Shown piece after piece: positions 1 to 11,840 of a stretch of DNA of 64,000 bases. The stretch lies in the NCBI RefSeq assembly GCF_009914755.1, contig NC_060928.1. One strand, 5' to 3'. Numbering within the stretch: position 1 is the first letter of the stretch; the number at the start of each line of letters is the position of its first letter. The DNA is from the human T2T-CHM13v2.0 reference genome, Homo sapiens. Below the pieces are notes generated by a model. That model saw only the letters and a list, made by a program, of their open reading frames with translations, was not told where the DNA came from and searched no databases. The translations under genes were made by a program, and so were the position numbers.

Positions 1-906
1 TAAGTAGAAAGACTAAATGATGAACCAATCAAAAATAATAACTACAACAACTTTTCAAGACATAGACAGTACAATAAGACACAAGGAGAAACAACAGTTA
101 AAAAGTAGGGGAGATGAAGTCAAAATGTAGAGTTTTTATTACACAAAAAATAAAAAGCAAGAAATTAAAGCATACCACCAGAGAAAATCGCCTTTACTAA
201 AACGAAGATAGGAAGTAGGAAGGAAGAAAAGAAGAGAGAGAAGACCACAAAACAACCAGAAAACAAATGATAAAATAACAGGAGTAAGTCCCTGTCTTTC
301 AATAATAACGTTGAATGTAAATGGTCCAAAATCTGCAATCAAAAGACATAGAGTGGCTGAATAGATGCATAAACATGATTCAATTATTTATTGCTTACAA
401 GAAACACACTTCACCTCTAAAGAGGCACATAGACTACAAATAAAGGCATGGAAAAAGACATTCCAGGCCAATACACACAAAAAAAAGCAGGAACAGATAT
501 ACTTATATCAGACAAAATAGATTTTAAGACCAGAACAATAAGAGACAACATAGGTCATTATATAATTATAAAGGGGTCAATTAAGCAAAGGGACATGACA
601 ATTTTAAATGTATATGCACCCGGCAATTGAGCACCCAGACATATAAAGCAAATATTTTTAGAGCTAAAGAGAGAAATAGATCCCAATGCAATAATAGTTG
701 CAGATTCAATACCCGACTTTCAGTATCAGACAGATCTCCCAGACGGAAAATGAACAAAGAAACATCAGACTTAATCTGCACTATAAAACAAATGAACCTA
801 ATAGAAACTTACAGTACACTTCATCTAACAGCTTCACAATACACATTTTCTCCTTAGTACATGGATCATTGTCAAGGATAGATCACATGTTAGGTCACAA
901 AACAAG

Positions 907-942
<36 letters not shown>

Positions 943-1619
943 TCTTTTGTGTTTCCCCTGCATCATTATACCAACCAGACCTAGCCTGTTGTAAATTGCT
1001 TTCTATTGTGTCCCATGTGTTGGAAACAATAGTCTTAACAAGATTACAAGCCCATTGCAGCACTGCATCTAGCCGAATTGCCTTCCCTGTATGTAACCCG
1101 TGATAACTTTCCTGTGTATTTTTTTTTTTATTTTATTATTATTATACTTTAAGTTTTAGGGTACATGTGCACAATGTGCAGGTTAGTTACATATGTATAC
1201 ATGTGCCATGCTGGTGTGCGACACCCATTAACTCGTCATTTAGCATTAGATATATCTCCTAATGCTATCCCTCCCCCCTCCCCCCACCCCACAACAGTCC
1301 CCAGAGTGTGATGTTCCCCTTCCTGTGTCCATGTGTTCTCACTGACAAAACAAGTCTTAAAACATTAAAAAATAATGTAAATAACATCAAATATCTTCTC
1401 TGACCACAAGGGAATAAAACTAGAAATCAGTAATGAGGAACTTTGGAAACTATACAAACACACAACAATTAAGCAATTTGCTCATGAATGAGCAAACAGT
1501 AGGTGAATGAAGAAATTAAGAAGGAAATTGAAACATTCTTGAAACAAATGATAATGGAAATACAACATACCAAAACCTCTGGGATACAGCAAAAGCAGTA
1601 TTAAGAGGAAAGTTTATAG
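1..1619 (+). mobile_element. Old LINE-1 fragment (L1PB/L1MA-type), inter-ORF region and ORF2 endonuclease start, interrupted at 911-1358
   Basis: Degenerate ORF2 endonuclease translation (ILISDKIDFK...GHYIIIKGSI...TILNVYAP; SRIDHMLGHK); homology resumes after 1358 (TCTGACCAC...ATAAAACTAGAAATC). Confidence 0.9.
911..1344 (-). mobile_element. 5'-truncated L1PA3-like 3'UTR with 3' transduction and two poly(A) tails
   Basis: L1PA 3'UTR at ~1144-1344; T-rich tail 1119-1143; non-L1 segment 941-1118; second pure T tract 911-940; 14-bp TSD ACAAAACAAGTCTT at 897-910 and 1345-1358. Confidence 0.92.
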
Positions 1620-2328
1620 TGATTGAGTGGCTTCATCCGGATTGGTTGTTGAAGAAACATTAACCACAGTAGATACTGCAGGGCCAAATGACATCTCTAA
1701 AAATGGGAATTAAGAGCCAGTCTGAAAGTGGGAACATCAGCCCTTTTTTCTTACTAATAAAATTTCAAAATATCAGGTGGCAATAGGGTCTATGTCCCCC
1801 AAGGTAAGAAAGAGTAGGCATCTTCTTTTAATAATCACAGAAAAAACAGCCTTTAAATGCTGACATAGAAGGACCCCTGAAGTAAAGAAAGGAAAAAAAA
1901 TGGCTTCACATTAAGATCTTACAGTGAAGCCCCAAGTGAACAATCACCACCTCCAAATACTCCAAATACAGTACTTCCAGTAGGTTCTTAATGCTTTACT
2001 TTTAAATACGAATGAGCAAACAAAGATAACCATATATTCTAGGAGAGCCTCCACTGAGACAAAGAGATCAAAACAAACAAATAGAAGAGTAGATCTGGGA
2101 TAAATAAGGAAAACTTGAATTACTATCCCCATAATGTATTTTATCCATAAATCAAGATCTGAAGCCATGAAAATAAAAAATAACCAGTAAAAACACTTTG
2201 AAAATTAAAATTGAGTGCCAGAAATTTTGGAAAATAATGGCAGATATTCCCCCAGAAAGAGAAATGGAAAAGAAAAAGAGGCAGAAAACAGATGAGAGAA
2301 TATCAGAATATTAAAAGATCAGACCAGG

Positions 2329-2378
2329 TATAGATAGACAGATAGATAGAGAGAGAGAGTACATATATATATATATAT
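2329..2378. repeat. Compound microsatellite (GATA)n(GA)n(TA)n
   Basis: Directly visible. Confidence 0.85.
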
Positions 2379-2680
2379 TTTTTTTCTATATTATATTTTG
2401 ACATCTTAAAAAAAACCCTCCCCCCCCTCCAAAGAAAACCCCAACCTTTCTGCCTGGGAGATACTGCCTTTCCTGGGGCTAGCCAATTAGAGACAGCAAA
2501 GGGCTCAACCAGGAACATGTCTTTGTTATGCAGACTAACCAATCCAGAGTCATACCTCCTCTATTTGGCCTGAGGCCCTCAGAAGTCAATATTCCTCTGC
2601 TTTAATAATCCCAGGAACAGATACCAGGCAACTAGGGACCACCTCTATAGTTTAGAGTCCACAGAAATTATTCACGCTAT

Positions 2681-4218
2681 AGGTATGGAACTGAACTGGG
2701 ATTCATCCGCCCAGTGCAGTAAGACCAGATAGTCACACTGAGGTTTGCAGCCAGATACAGGAAAGTGCTTCTTTGTAGGGTGCCTAACAAGGAGGATCTG
2801 GCAGCTAATGCTTAAATCCTGGCCTCTCTGATGGCTTAAGGTAAGGGTTTTTAAAGGCAAGGGTAAGTTTCAGAAAGCAGAAGTTACAAGCACAGTTGTA
2901 AATCAAAACGTGGAAGTTACACATTGGTTTTGGCCTAAAAGGGTGGGATATCTTGAAGCTGGGGCTTACAGGTCGTAGGTAGATTCAAATATTTTCTGAT
3001 TTTCAATTTGTTTAGGAAGAAAAGCTTTGTTTAAAAAATTAGGGTCAGCAGAAACGAATGTTAGCCTGGCTCATGGGTGTGACTTTCTCCAGGCACCTCA
3101 GGAGGAAATTTAAAACAAAGAATGTTGGTCAGAGTTCAGTCCCCCATTCCCCCTTATCTGAGGCCCATGTGCCATTAGATCTGTTTAACGGAGGTTGGGG
3201 TTTCTGAAAACAACTCAGAGACATACTTGAAGATGCTATCTTTACTCCATATAGGGAAACCAAGCATCTGCTGATTGTGTTAGCAGTGGTGAATCCTTAC
3301 AGGTCTGCAGTAACCTGATTTCTTGCCTCCTCAGAAGAAAGAATTCAGCCAAGGGGCATAAGGCAGAATGAGAGACCAAGGCAAGTTTTAGAGCAGGAGT
3401 AAACATTTATCAAAAAGTTTTAGAGCAGAAACGAAAGGAAGGAAAGTATACTTGTAAGTGGGTCAAGCAGGTGACTTGAGAGCTTCAAGCATGCTGTTTG
3501 ACCTTTGACTTGGGGCTTTATGCGTTGGCGTGTTTCTGGGGTCTTGCATTACTTCTTCCCTGATTCTTCCCTTGAGGTGGGCTGTCGCATGAATAGTGGC
3601 CTACCAACACTTGGGAGGGGCTGCATGCACAGTGTGTTTACTGGAGTTTTACACATGCTCACTTGAGTTGTTTTTCCTTTACCAGTCAAGTATTCCTGGA
3701 GGAAGTTCATATACCAGATAAACTCTGCCATTTTGCATCTTAGTGTGCATGCTTGAGCCCACTCACCCAACTCCTGAGATCTTTTCAGGAAGCTGCTGCT
3801 CAGCAGTTTCAGGTGTTTTTTTGTTTGTTTTGTTTTTTTTTAATCTGTTGGGAGACTGCCTTTCCCTGGTGCTGGCTGCAACCAATTACTATTTTAGAGA
3901 GACAATTTAACAATTGCCTGACCATTACCTGATGGTTGCCTGACATTCCTATTCCTATTGGTGGGGGAAAAAGGGGAGAGGTAGGGCCTCTCCCCTGTTC
4001 TGCTTATGTCTGACTATCTACTCTAACAATTCTAGCTTCCTTGGCTACTGTTTCAGGCTACTATTACGTTCTAGTTTATCAAGTTGCTTACTTAGTTCTC
4101 AGGGCTAGCTAGGTGCTTGGAATTTCACTTGAAAGAACTCACGATTTTCTTTTATTTCCATGCTTTGTGCAGGGAGGGGAGCTGCATTCCCCTAAGTAGG
4201 GTTCCCTGCATTGTCTCA
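2681..4218 (-). mobile_element. ERV1-class solo LTR (MER31/MER67-like), split by MER50
   Basis: GAACTGGG...GCCCAGTGCAGTAAGACC at one end, TGTCTCA at the other; 4-bp TSD CTAT. Confidence 0.6.
3278..4028 (-). mobile_element. MER50-like ERV1 solo LTR
   Basis: TG...CA termini; reverse strand starts TGTTAGAGTAGATAGTCAGACATAAGCAG; internal CCTCCTCAGAAGAAAGAATTC and GCAAGTTTTAGAGCAGGAGT. Confidence 0.8.
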
Positions 4219-4429
4219 CTATCCAATCCTAAATTGTTCACCCTGCCTTGCATTTCCCCATGAAACCATAATAAAGACTCGGGCCTAGACCTCCCCCTTG
4301 ATTCTGTCTTCTTCCATCTGGCTGCACTGGTGTATTTCTCATGTTGCGCCTCTTGTGTTTAAGACCTCTTGGTGTAATAAACTTTGTTTTCCTGAACCTC
4401 TTTCCTGTCTTCTCTTGACTGACCATCTC

Positions 4430-5490
4430 ATAGAAGAATACAAAACACCAAGAAATCTAATGGTGTGATAAAAATTTTAGTAAGGACGATCAAAGAAAAC
4501 AGATGAGAAGAATTATTCAAACAGGAAATAGAAAAATACTTCCAGAAATGAAGGACTTGACTTTTCAAATTAAAGGGTCGGTGGAAAGCTTCATTATGTA
4601 AATAAAATAATAATAATAAATGACACCAAAGCACATAATTGTGAAATTTTAGAATACAGACTAAAGTATCTACTGAATATTTCCAAAGTAAACAGTCAGG
4701 TAGGCATACAAAGAATAGGGAATCATAATGTCATTAACAGTATCATTGAGAAGATAGAAGAGAGTGAGTTATGATGTCATAATTTGGATAGAAAAGCATT
4801 TTCATCTTGTAATTCTTTACCCAGCGAAACTCCCAATCAAGTATAAGAATAGAACAATTGCATGCAAGGATTAAACCTCCCATTGAATTTTAGCATAGGA
4901 AATTATTGAAGGATTGACTCCAGCAAAATGATAAAGTTAACAAAGATGAAAGAAGATAGGTTATCAGGAAAACAGGAGATTCCAAACCACAAAGTGGTAA
5001 ACCAAAACTAAGATGAAGACTGTAGGTAATTCTAGAATGACAGCTGAGCAACAGGCTCAGGAAATATTCTGTTCAAATTGGAGCAAGAAGATAAGACTTT
5101 GGGGAGCAGATCTTAGGGAAATGAAAAAGAGACAAAGCAATGATAGATCATTGATTTATGTGAGCATTCAGATGATAATATGGATAGGTGCTTGACAGAT
5201 GCATTGCAGAAGGTAACAAATTGGTATTAGTTAGTATATTTTTATAAGTAAGAAAATTGAAGAAACAATAAGTAATTTACTCCAGCAAAAATTCCAGTAT
5301 TGAACAAAAAGGGAAACACAGTCATAGTGCACTGTTGGTCTCTGTAGTGAATGGTTTTAAGATAGTCACAGTAATGTTAGTAATGATTAGTTAGTTAATG
5401 ATATGCTTAATATTACTCAATGGGAGGAAGATATTAGGGAATGTAGTGGGTGAGGTGTAAGAAAACTAAACCCTCATTTGATTTCTCGGG
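4430..5490 (+). mobile_element. Ancient L1M (L1MC/ME-like) ORF1-region fragment
   Basis: A-rich degenerate ORF1-like motifs (GAAAAATACTTCCAGAAATGAAG, AATTCTTTACCCAGCGAAACT). Confidence 0.55.
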
Positions 5491-5499
5491 GAGGGTATT

Positions 5500-7930
5500 T
5501 TATTATTTATCCACTGAACAAACAATATTTATCCATTGAACAAACATACATTGAACAGTTACTATACAGTCTCTCTTCTAGGAATAAAAGATACAGAAAG
5601 GAACAAAACAGGCAAATAACCTGCCCTCAGGAAACTTACATTCTAGTTTAAAAAAAACAAACATGTAGAGTGTAAAAATATAGTAAAATATGTAGAATGT
5701 TAGCAATAAGTGCTATGGAGAAAAACCAACGGAGTAGGATTGGGAATTTGTGGGGAGAAAGCTGGTAATTTTAAGTATGGTGGTCAGCGAAAGCCTCACT
5801 AAGAAGAAGACATTTCAGTAAACATCTGAGGATCTGAGGGAGCTAGTGATGAGGATATCTGAGAGAGGAGTGATCCAGGCTTAGAGAATGTCAGATAGGT
5901 AGGCTCTGAGATAGGAAGCATACCAGGCATCATTAATGGAAGAGTAAAAGGGGCTGATTTGACTTGTGCACTGAATGTAAAGACTTTGAATTTTACTCTG
6001 AACAGAGAAAAATGATCTGACTTACAAATCCACTCTGGCTGCTATGTTGAGAATAGACTGAAGAGGAAGAGGGTGGAAGTTGAAAAATTAGTTGGAAAGC
6101 TATCTAATCCATGTGACAGATGACAGTGACTTGGATCTAAGGAGTAGTAGTAGTGAGCTTGAAAGGAACTAGGCAGATTATAGATATATTTTTGGGGATG
6201 GATCTACATGGATTTGCTAATACATTAGATGTAGTATGTGAAAGAAAGAGGAATCAAGGACTCAGATTTTTGTCATGAAGGATGTGGTGGCTGTCAACTG
6301 AGAGTGTTTTTTTTAAGCAGATTGTTTCTCTTGTTGTTTTGTTGGCGGTAGTAGGGAACATCTAAACTCAGTTTTTTACATATTACATTTCAGATGTCTT
6401 TAGATATATCCAAGCCTGGATATATAAATTTAAGTGCAAAGGTCTAAGCTTGAGATGTGAATCTGGAAAAGAATATAGTATGTAAAGCCATGAGACTGGT
6501 TATAATGACTAGGGTGTAGATAAAGAGATGTAAGGACTGAGAAGAATCTCAAAGATGCCTTAATATTAAGATATCAAAAAGCAAAAGAGGAACAAGTAGA
6601 CTAAAAAGTGAGGATCATGATTTGCAATGGTCCTATGACCTCCTGTACCACCCAGAAGCCAAATAAATTATGGATCAACATCTTGGAGGAATTGCTGAGT
6701 AGCACAGTTGGAGTCAACACCTTATGAAGGAGAGGAGCTGTCCTGGATGCAACCAAAAAATGAAAATAGGAGTCGTTTTGCTCACGTTATCCTCAGTGAC
6801 TCAACTGGGAGGAATTTGTATATCCATCTTTACAACTTTAAGCTTCATGGGTCTAGAAGTTTTTGTTCCCTTCCCTTACCAGGAGGCAAAATAAAAGTCC
6901 CAGTAAAAATCAGAGCTATAAGCTGGGTGCAGTGGCTCACGCCTGTAATCCCAGCACTTTAGGAGGCCGAGACGGGTGGATTACAAGGTCAGGAGATTGA
7001 GACCATCCTGGCTAGCACGGTGAAACCCCGTCTCTACTAAATAAAATACAAAAATTAGCCGGGCATGGTGGCGGGCGCCTGTAGTCCCAGCTACTCAGGA
7101 GGCTGAGGCAGGAGAATGGCCTGAACCTGGGAGGCGGAGCTTGCAGTGAGCCCAGATCACGCTACTGCGCTCCAGCCTGGGTGACAGAGCAAGACTCCTT
7201 CTCAAAAAAAAAAAAAAATCAAAGCTATATATAGCTTTAAGTTTGGGTCATTGTTCCAGCAGATAATGAAAGGATTCATTGTGACATCAAGCAGCTTGAA
7301 AATCAGGAGAGTATGGTGTTATGATTCAGTTGAAGGCAGTGGTCCAATAAGGAGGAAGTTACCAATTATGAAATGCTTACTTGTTATATCAGAGGAATAT
7401 GGACTGAAAGTTGACCTTGGACTTAGTGAAATGGAAGAAACTGGGGACCTTGATAGAAGTAGTTTCAATGGAGTGGTAGAGGGGAAACATAATTGAAGTG
7501 GGTTCATGAAATGGTGAGAGAAAGAAGAATCCAACAATGAATGCGCACAACTGTTTTAGAAGAGGGCTGAAGAGAGTAAATAAATAGGTTTCCAGAGGGA
7601 AGAAATGAGGCTCTGGTGGGAGAGAGGGAATCAAAATGGTAAAAGAATGTGAAAGAGATAGATCATGTAAAAACGGGGGAAAAAAATGATGAGAGAGAAA
7701 GAACAGATTACCTGGAGCAATGTTCTTAGGTAAGCACGAAGAAATGGGACGTCCTGTGCCAATGCGAAGTTTGGCCTTAGGAGCACAGATAGTTCATCCA
7801 TAGTAACAGGAGGAAAGGCAGAGAAATATGAGCACAGGTAAAGGCAGTGACGTACATTTGGTAAGAATTTAAGCTAGTTGTGCTCTAAATTTTCAGTGAA
7901 ATAGAAGGTAATGTCATCAACAAAGAATGA
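5500..7930 (-). mobile_element. L2 LINE fragments (3' end at left), interrupted by Alu and unassigned DNA
   Basis: CATTGAACAAACAT, CCTGCCCTCAGGAAACTTACATTCTAG, CACTCTGGCTGCTATGTTGAGAATAGA, GTTTCAATGGAGTGGT. Confidence 0.75.
6922..7218 (+). mobile_element. AluY-type SINE
   Basis: Dimer with GAGACCATCCTGGCTA and GGAGAATGGC diagnostics; A tail; TSD ~AAAATCARAGCTATA. Confidence 0.93.
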
Positions 7931-7959
7931 GAGTGGATTGGTCTTGTTTGGGTTTGAAG

Positions 7960-8668
7960 AAAGCCAGCACTCAGGCCAAGGACATTGGAGGCATTTTTGA
8001 CTCCTCTTCTCACAGATTTTCAATACTTCATGAAATTCTGAGCCAAAATACACCTAAAATCCAACCATATTTTACCCACTTATACCACTACCTCACTGGT
8101 TCAAGCTATATTATTCTTCTCCTGGGTTATTCCAGTAGCCTCCTACTTGGTGTCCTTGCTTTCACCATTGGTCCCTCTATTGCTTATTGATAAAACCAGC
8201 CAAATAGAGCATTTAAGCATATGTCAGATCAAATCATTCCTGTGTTCAAAGCCTCCAGTGCCTTCCCTTCATACTCAGAACATGAACCAAAGCTTTGCAA
8301 TGGGCTTACAGGGACCTCCATGGTCTCAGCCCCTGCTCCCTCTAAGGCATCACCCCTTACTGGCCCACGTGCTGACTGGACACTTAATGTTTTGGAACAT
8401 GTATAATGTGTTTCTTCCTTAGGGCCTTCACACTGTTTGACCCACTTCCCACAGATGTCGACATAACTAGGTGCCTGAGATAACTATTAAATTTGGAAAT
8501 AGTTTCCTCCCAACAAACATATATTTCATTTCCACATTCTTACTTAATGTTTTTATAGTACTTAAATCTTTCTGGTATATTATATAATTTACTTATTTTT
8601 AATTTGTCTTCCTATGGTAGAATATAAGCTCCATGAAGGCCACAGTAATTGTCTGTCTTGAATGAATG
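7960..8668 (+). mobile_element. L2 LINE 3' fragment
   Basis: AGTAGCCTCCTACTTGG, TAGAATATAAGCTCCATGAAGGC, terminal TGAATGAATG. Confidence 0.8.
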
Positions 8669-9197
8669 GGAGAGATAGTGAATAGATTAAGGAAATAAAT
8701 ACAACATGATTAATGCAGCATTGAAGGCACATTTGAAAATAGAAATCACACATTAACCTTCCAACATGGGATGTGTTGGAAGAAATAATTCAAAAAGAGG
8801 CTTGGGGTTGTTGAAGGGATGAAGGAAGGTTGAGACAACTTCAAAGACCTTGCAGCAATAACAATAAACAATCAGCTTACAACTTAATTGCCTCATAAGG
8901 CATGTGGGTCCAGTTAGCATCTGCATTTTCTCTTTGCTATATATCTGGGATATATAGGTCTGGGGCTAGTGTTAAATTGCTTCTAAAGATAGCTTATTGG
9001 TTTGAGACAGTGGTAAATTTTTAGCCTTTCTGGAACTCCTTTCTAAGTTCACCTGCCTCTGGGTAAAATTAGCTGTTCCCAAATATTTAGCCAGAGAAGA
9101 AAGTTTCACAGACTCTAACACTGGAATAATCCAAGAAGAAAATTATCGATTGATCTTAAAATAACTGTTTCCCAGCTTGTGTACTTTGTGTGCATAC

Positions 9198-9223
9198 GTG
9201 TGTGTGTGTGTGTGTGTGTGTGT
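9198..9223. repeat. (TG)n microsatellite
   Basis: Directly visible. Confidence 0.95.
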
Positions 9224-9549
9224 TTTGTGGGGGGCAGGTGATATATGCTCCAGCTATAGAAACACTGCAGAGCACAGGGAGTGGCTCCCCTGATAACACA
9301 TGAGAAGTTTCTATGCACATGATCCTCTTCCTTGTCTTCAAACATATGGGATGGCTCTAGGATATCACTATTGTCCATACTTCATTATATTCAAGAGTTT
9401 GATTTTGACCACATATAGAATGAGGAGATGATAGTACTTTCAGTGTACAGATTTTGAATAGTTTCTTCCTTTGAGAAAAGAGATCTGTTTCTTTCTCCTT
9501 TCCAACTCACTTCTCTCTCCCCTCCCTACTTACTTTGTTCCCACCACGA

Positions 9550-9565
9550 TCTCTCTCTGTCTCTG

Positions 9566-9597
<32 letters not shown>

Positions 9598-9629
9598 ACA
9601 CACACACACATGGACACACACACACACAG
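9550..9629. repeat. (CT)n(CA)n compound microsatellite
   Basis: Directly visible. Confidence 0.92.
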
Positions 9630-9818
9630 AGTCATAATCACAAACTTCCTATGTTGCAAATGATTAGAGACTATAGTGAGAGCAATGTGGAATTTTTAAC
9701 TTTCTTCAAATTCGTGTAACAGGAATGGTATGTGTAATTTCTTCAGTCAATCAACAGAAGTGGAAGCCTGAGTATAAACTGATGAAGGTATATTTTTGCT
9801 AAATACTTGCATACCACT

Positions 9819-10221
9819 TGTTAAACTAAATTTGGTCTGAGGCTGCCCCCATACTTTTAGTTCCTACATAGCCAACTGCGACCTAGCTTAAGAGTTTAGT
9901 CTTGTAACAAATAGCTTGAGTTTCAGCCACTCACAGCAGCAGAGCTTCAGCCAATCACAGGCTGGCAACCCCCAATCAGACCATGTCCATATAAGGCAAA
10001 TATCTCATCACGCCATGCACAAATAAGGTAAACACCACGCGGTGGTGTTTCTGAATGTCATTGGCTGTTTCTGAATGTCATTTCCTTTTTCTGTTTATAA
10101 ATACTACCTGCCTGCAGTGCTTAGTGGAGCTCAATAAACTCCCAGTTTTGAGAGTTGCCCAATTTATAAATCATTCTTTGCTCAAGCTCTGCTCATTTTG
10201 TTTTGTGTAAAGCTTTTAACA
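9819..10221 (+). mobile_element. ERV1 solo LTR, MER57-family-like
   Basis: TGTTAAACTAAATTTGG start, AGCCAATCA boxes, ATAAGGCAAA, TTTTAACA end. Confidence 0.7.
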
Positions 10222-10879
10222 ATCTTTTTTACTAGTTTTTTTCTTTAACCTAAGGAATTAATTACAGATAAAGTGGTTTTCTTTCAGCTTGAAATAATAT
10301 AGCAGAAAGTCAAATAACCCATTAATTTCTCCAACTTTGGGCACCAGATGGTATAATCCGTAATATTTAACTTTATTTAAAAGATGAAGAATCTTTTGAA
10401 ATAATCTATTGTAGTTTAAATAATAAAGGACTAAATAAAATTTTTTAAAAATATAATTACTTTGGGGGATATTATTTTGTAGAAGATAGCATGATGTCAT
10501 TTTTAATCACAGGACAAATTTTTCTCTTGCTGTTTATTTAAGTGAAGAGAAAATTAATTTATAATCCCTTTCATGGCTTTTGTTTTCAGTAATTTGATTT
10601 CCATTACATATTGAGATCAGAGATGCTAAAAGAGCTGCCAGTGACATCATTTTTCCATTATAAAACCAACCCAGTGAGGGACTTCTTTCTTTTATTTTTT
10701 TAATCAAGAGAGGATTATTAGTAACAATATTCCTGCACTAAACAGTACACTTCAAAAAGAATACATAGAAATAACATACTAAAGAAAAACACAATCTTAG
10801 AAAAAGTTTACGTTAGAAGAAATGCCTTTAGTGTGACATTGCCTTTTTATATGAATACAAGTTGAATAGTTGCCCTCAG

Positions 10880-11060
10880 GTAGTAGTTTTCCATATTCAA
10901 ATATGTGAGAATCATCTGGATTGTTCATGAGATGTGGAGGTTCTTGGACCATTCCAGTGGAGATTAGGATTCAGTGGGTATGGGATAGAGCACAGTAATC
11001 TGCATTTTCACAGATATTCCAGATAATCCTCATCGAAGTGATCTGTGATTGAGAAACATT
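10880..11060. mobile_element. MER5A-like hAT DNA transposon
   Basis: GAATCATCTGG, GATTCAGTGGGT, AATCTGCATTTT, TTGAGAAAC. Confidence 0.7.
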
Positions 11061-11738
11061 TTTAAATTATAGAATTTTTTTTCTTATTCTCTTCAGCCCA
11101 GCTAAGTGTAATTATCTTCACTTTCTTAGGCTGAGGTTGACTAGAAGTTTTTCAATGAATGATGAGGAACAGAAAAAAATACTTCAAACAAAAACATACA
11201 ACATCAAAAACAAAAATAACTTCTTCCTTTATGAGATCAAAAGGCTCAAATTACAAATACCTGGTTCAGGGAACATCTTATTGTGACTGATGTTTATTTT
11301 ACACAGGTAACGTGCCCTTACGTATAAACTGATACTGGAAGGTCAGGAGACAGTAAAAGATCAAGAAGGCATTGGGGAGGGCTAAAATCTTAACGAAAGG
11401 AGGAAGGACACAGGAAAAGAAGGGTGGAGACTATGGAAACCTAGAAAGAGGATTTACAGTTTGGCATAAATTGGATATTCAGTATTCACCTAAGCAAGAG
11501 ATAAGTAAAAGGTCTGCACTAAAATATTTCTGGCCTCATAGCTGCTACAGACAAAGTGTTCAAGGAGTTTTATGGTTGATTTTGTTTGCTGTGGTTGTTA
11601 TTCTGTAACTTCATATGACTTTGCATAAATCTTTGTGCTTCATATAAAGGAGTTTTGGTCTGAGGTAATTCATTTAATGTAGATGTTTTCACATATACAA
11701 CATACAAGTAAAATAAGAAGACTTAAACTGCCTACACA

Positions 11739-11840
11739 TTTCCCCCTTTCCCCTTCCCCTTCCCTTCCTTTCTCCCTCCCTCCCTCCCTCCCTCCCTCCC
11801 TTCCTTCCTTCCTTCTTTCCTTCCTCCCTCTCTTTCTTTT
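11739..11840. repeat. Polypyrimidine (CCCT)n/(CCTT)n tract
   Basis: Directly visible. Confidence 0.92.

Larger units (their letters stand above)
2382..4430 (+). mobile_element. ERVL-class solo LTR (MER74/MER54/MER73 group), split by nested LTRs at 2681-4218
   Basis: Motifs GGGCTAGCCAATT, AACCAATCCAGAG, GAAATTATTCA|CTATCCAATCCTAA and AATAAA; CTAT duplicated at 2677-2680 and 4219-4222. Confidence 0.65.

Noticed and set aside
5500-8668. Opposed L2 fragments as one inverted element or hairpin RNA gene
   Set aside because: Both carry their own 3' ends and are highly diverged; best explained as two independent insertions.
11130-11312. Possible exon between TTTCTTAG and CAG|GTAACG
   Set aside because: The longest frame stops before the donor and the donor is only moderate; no supporting evidence.
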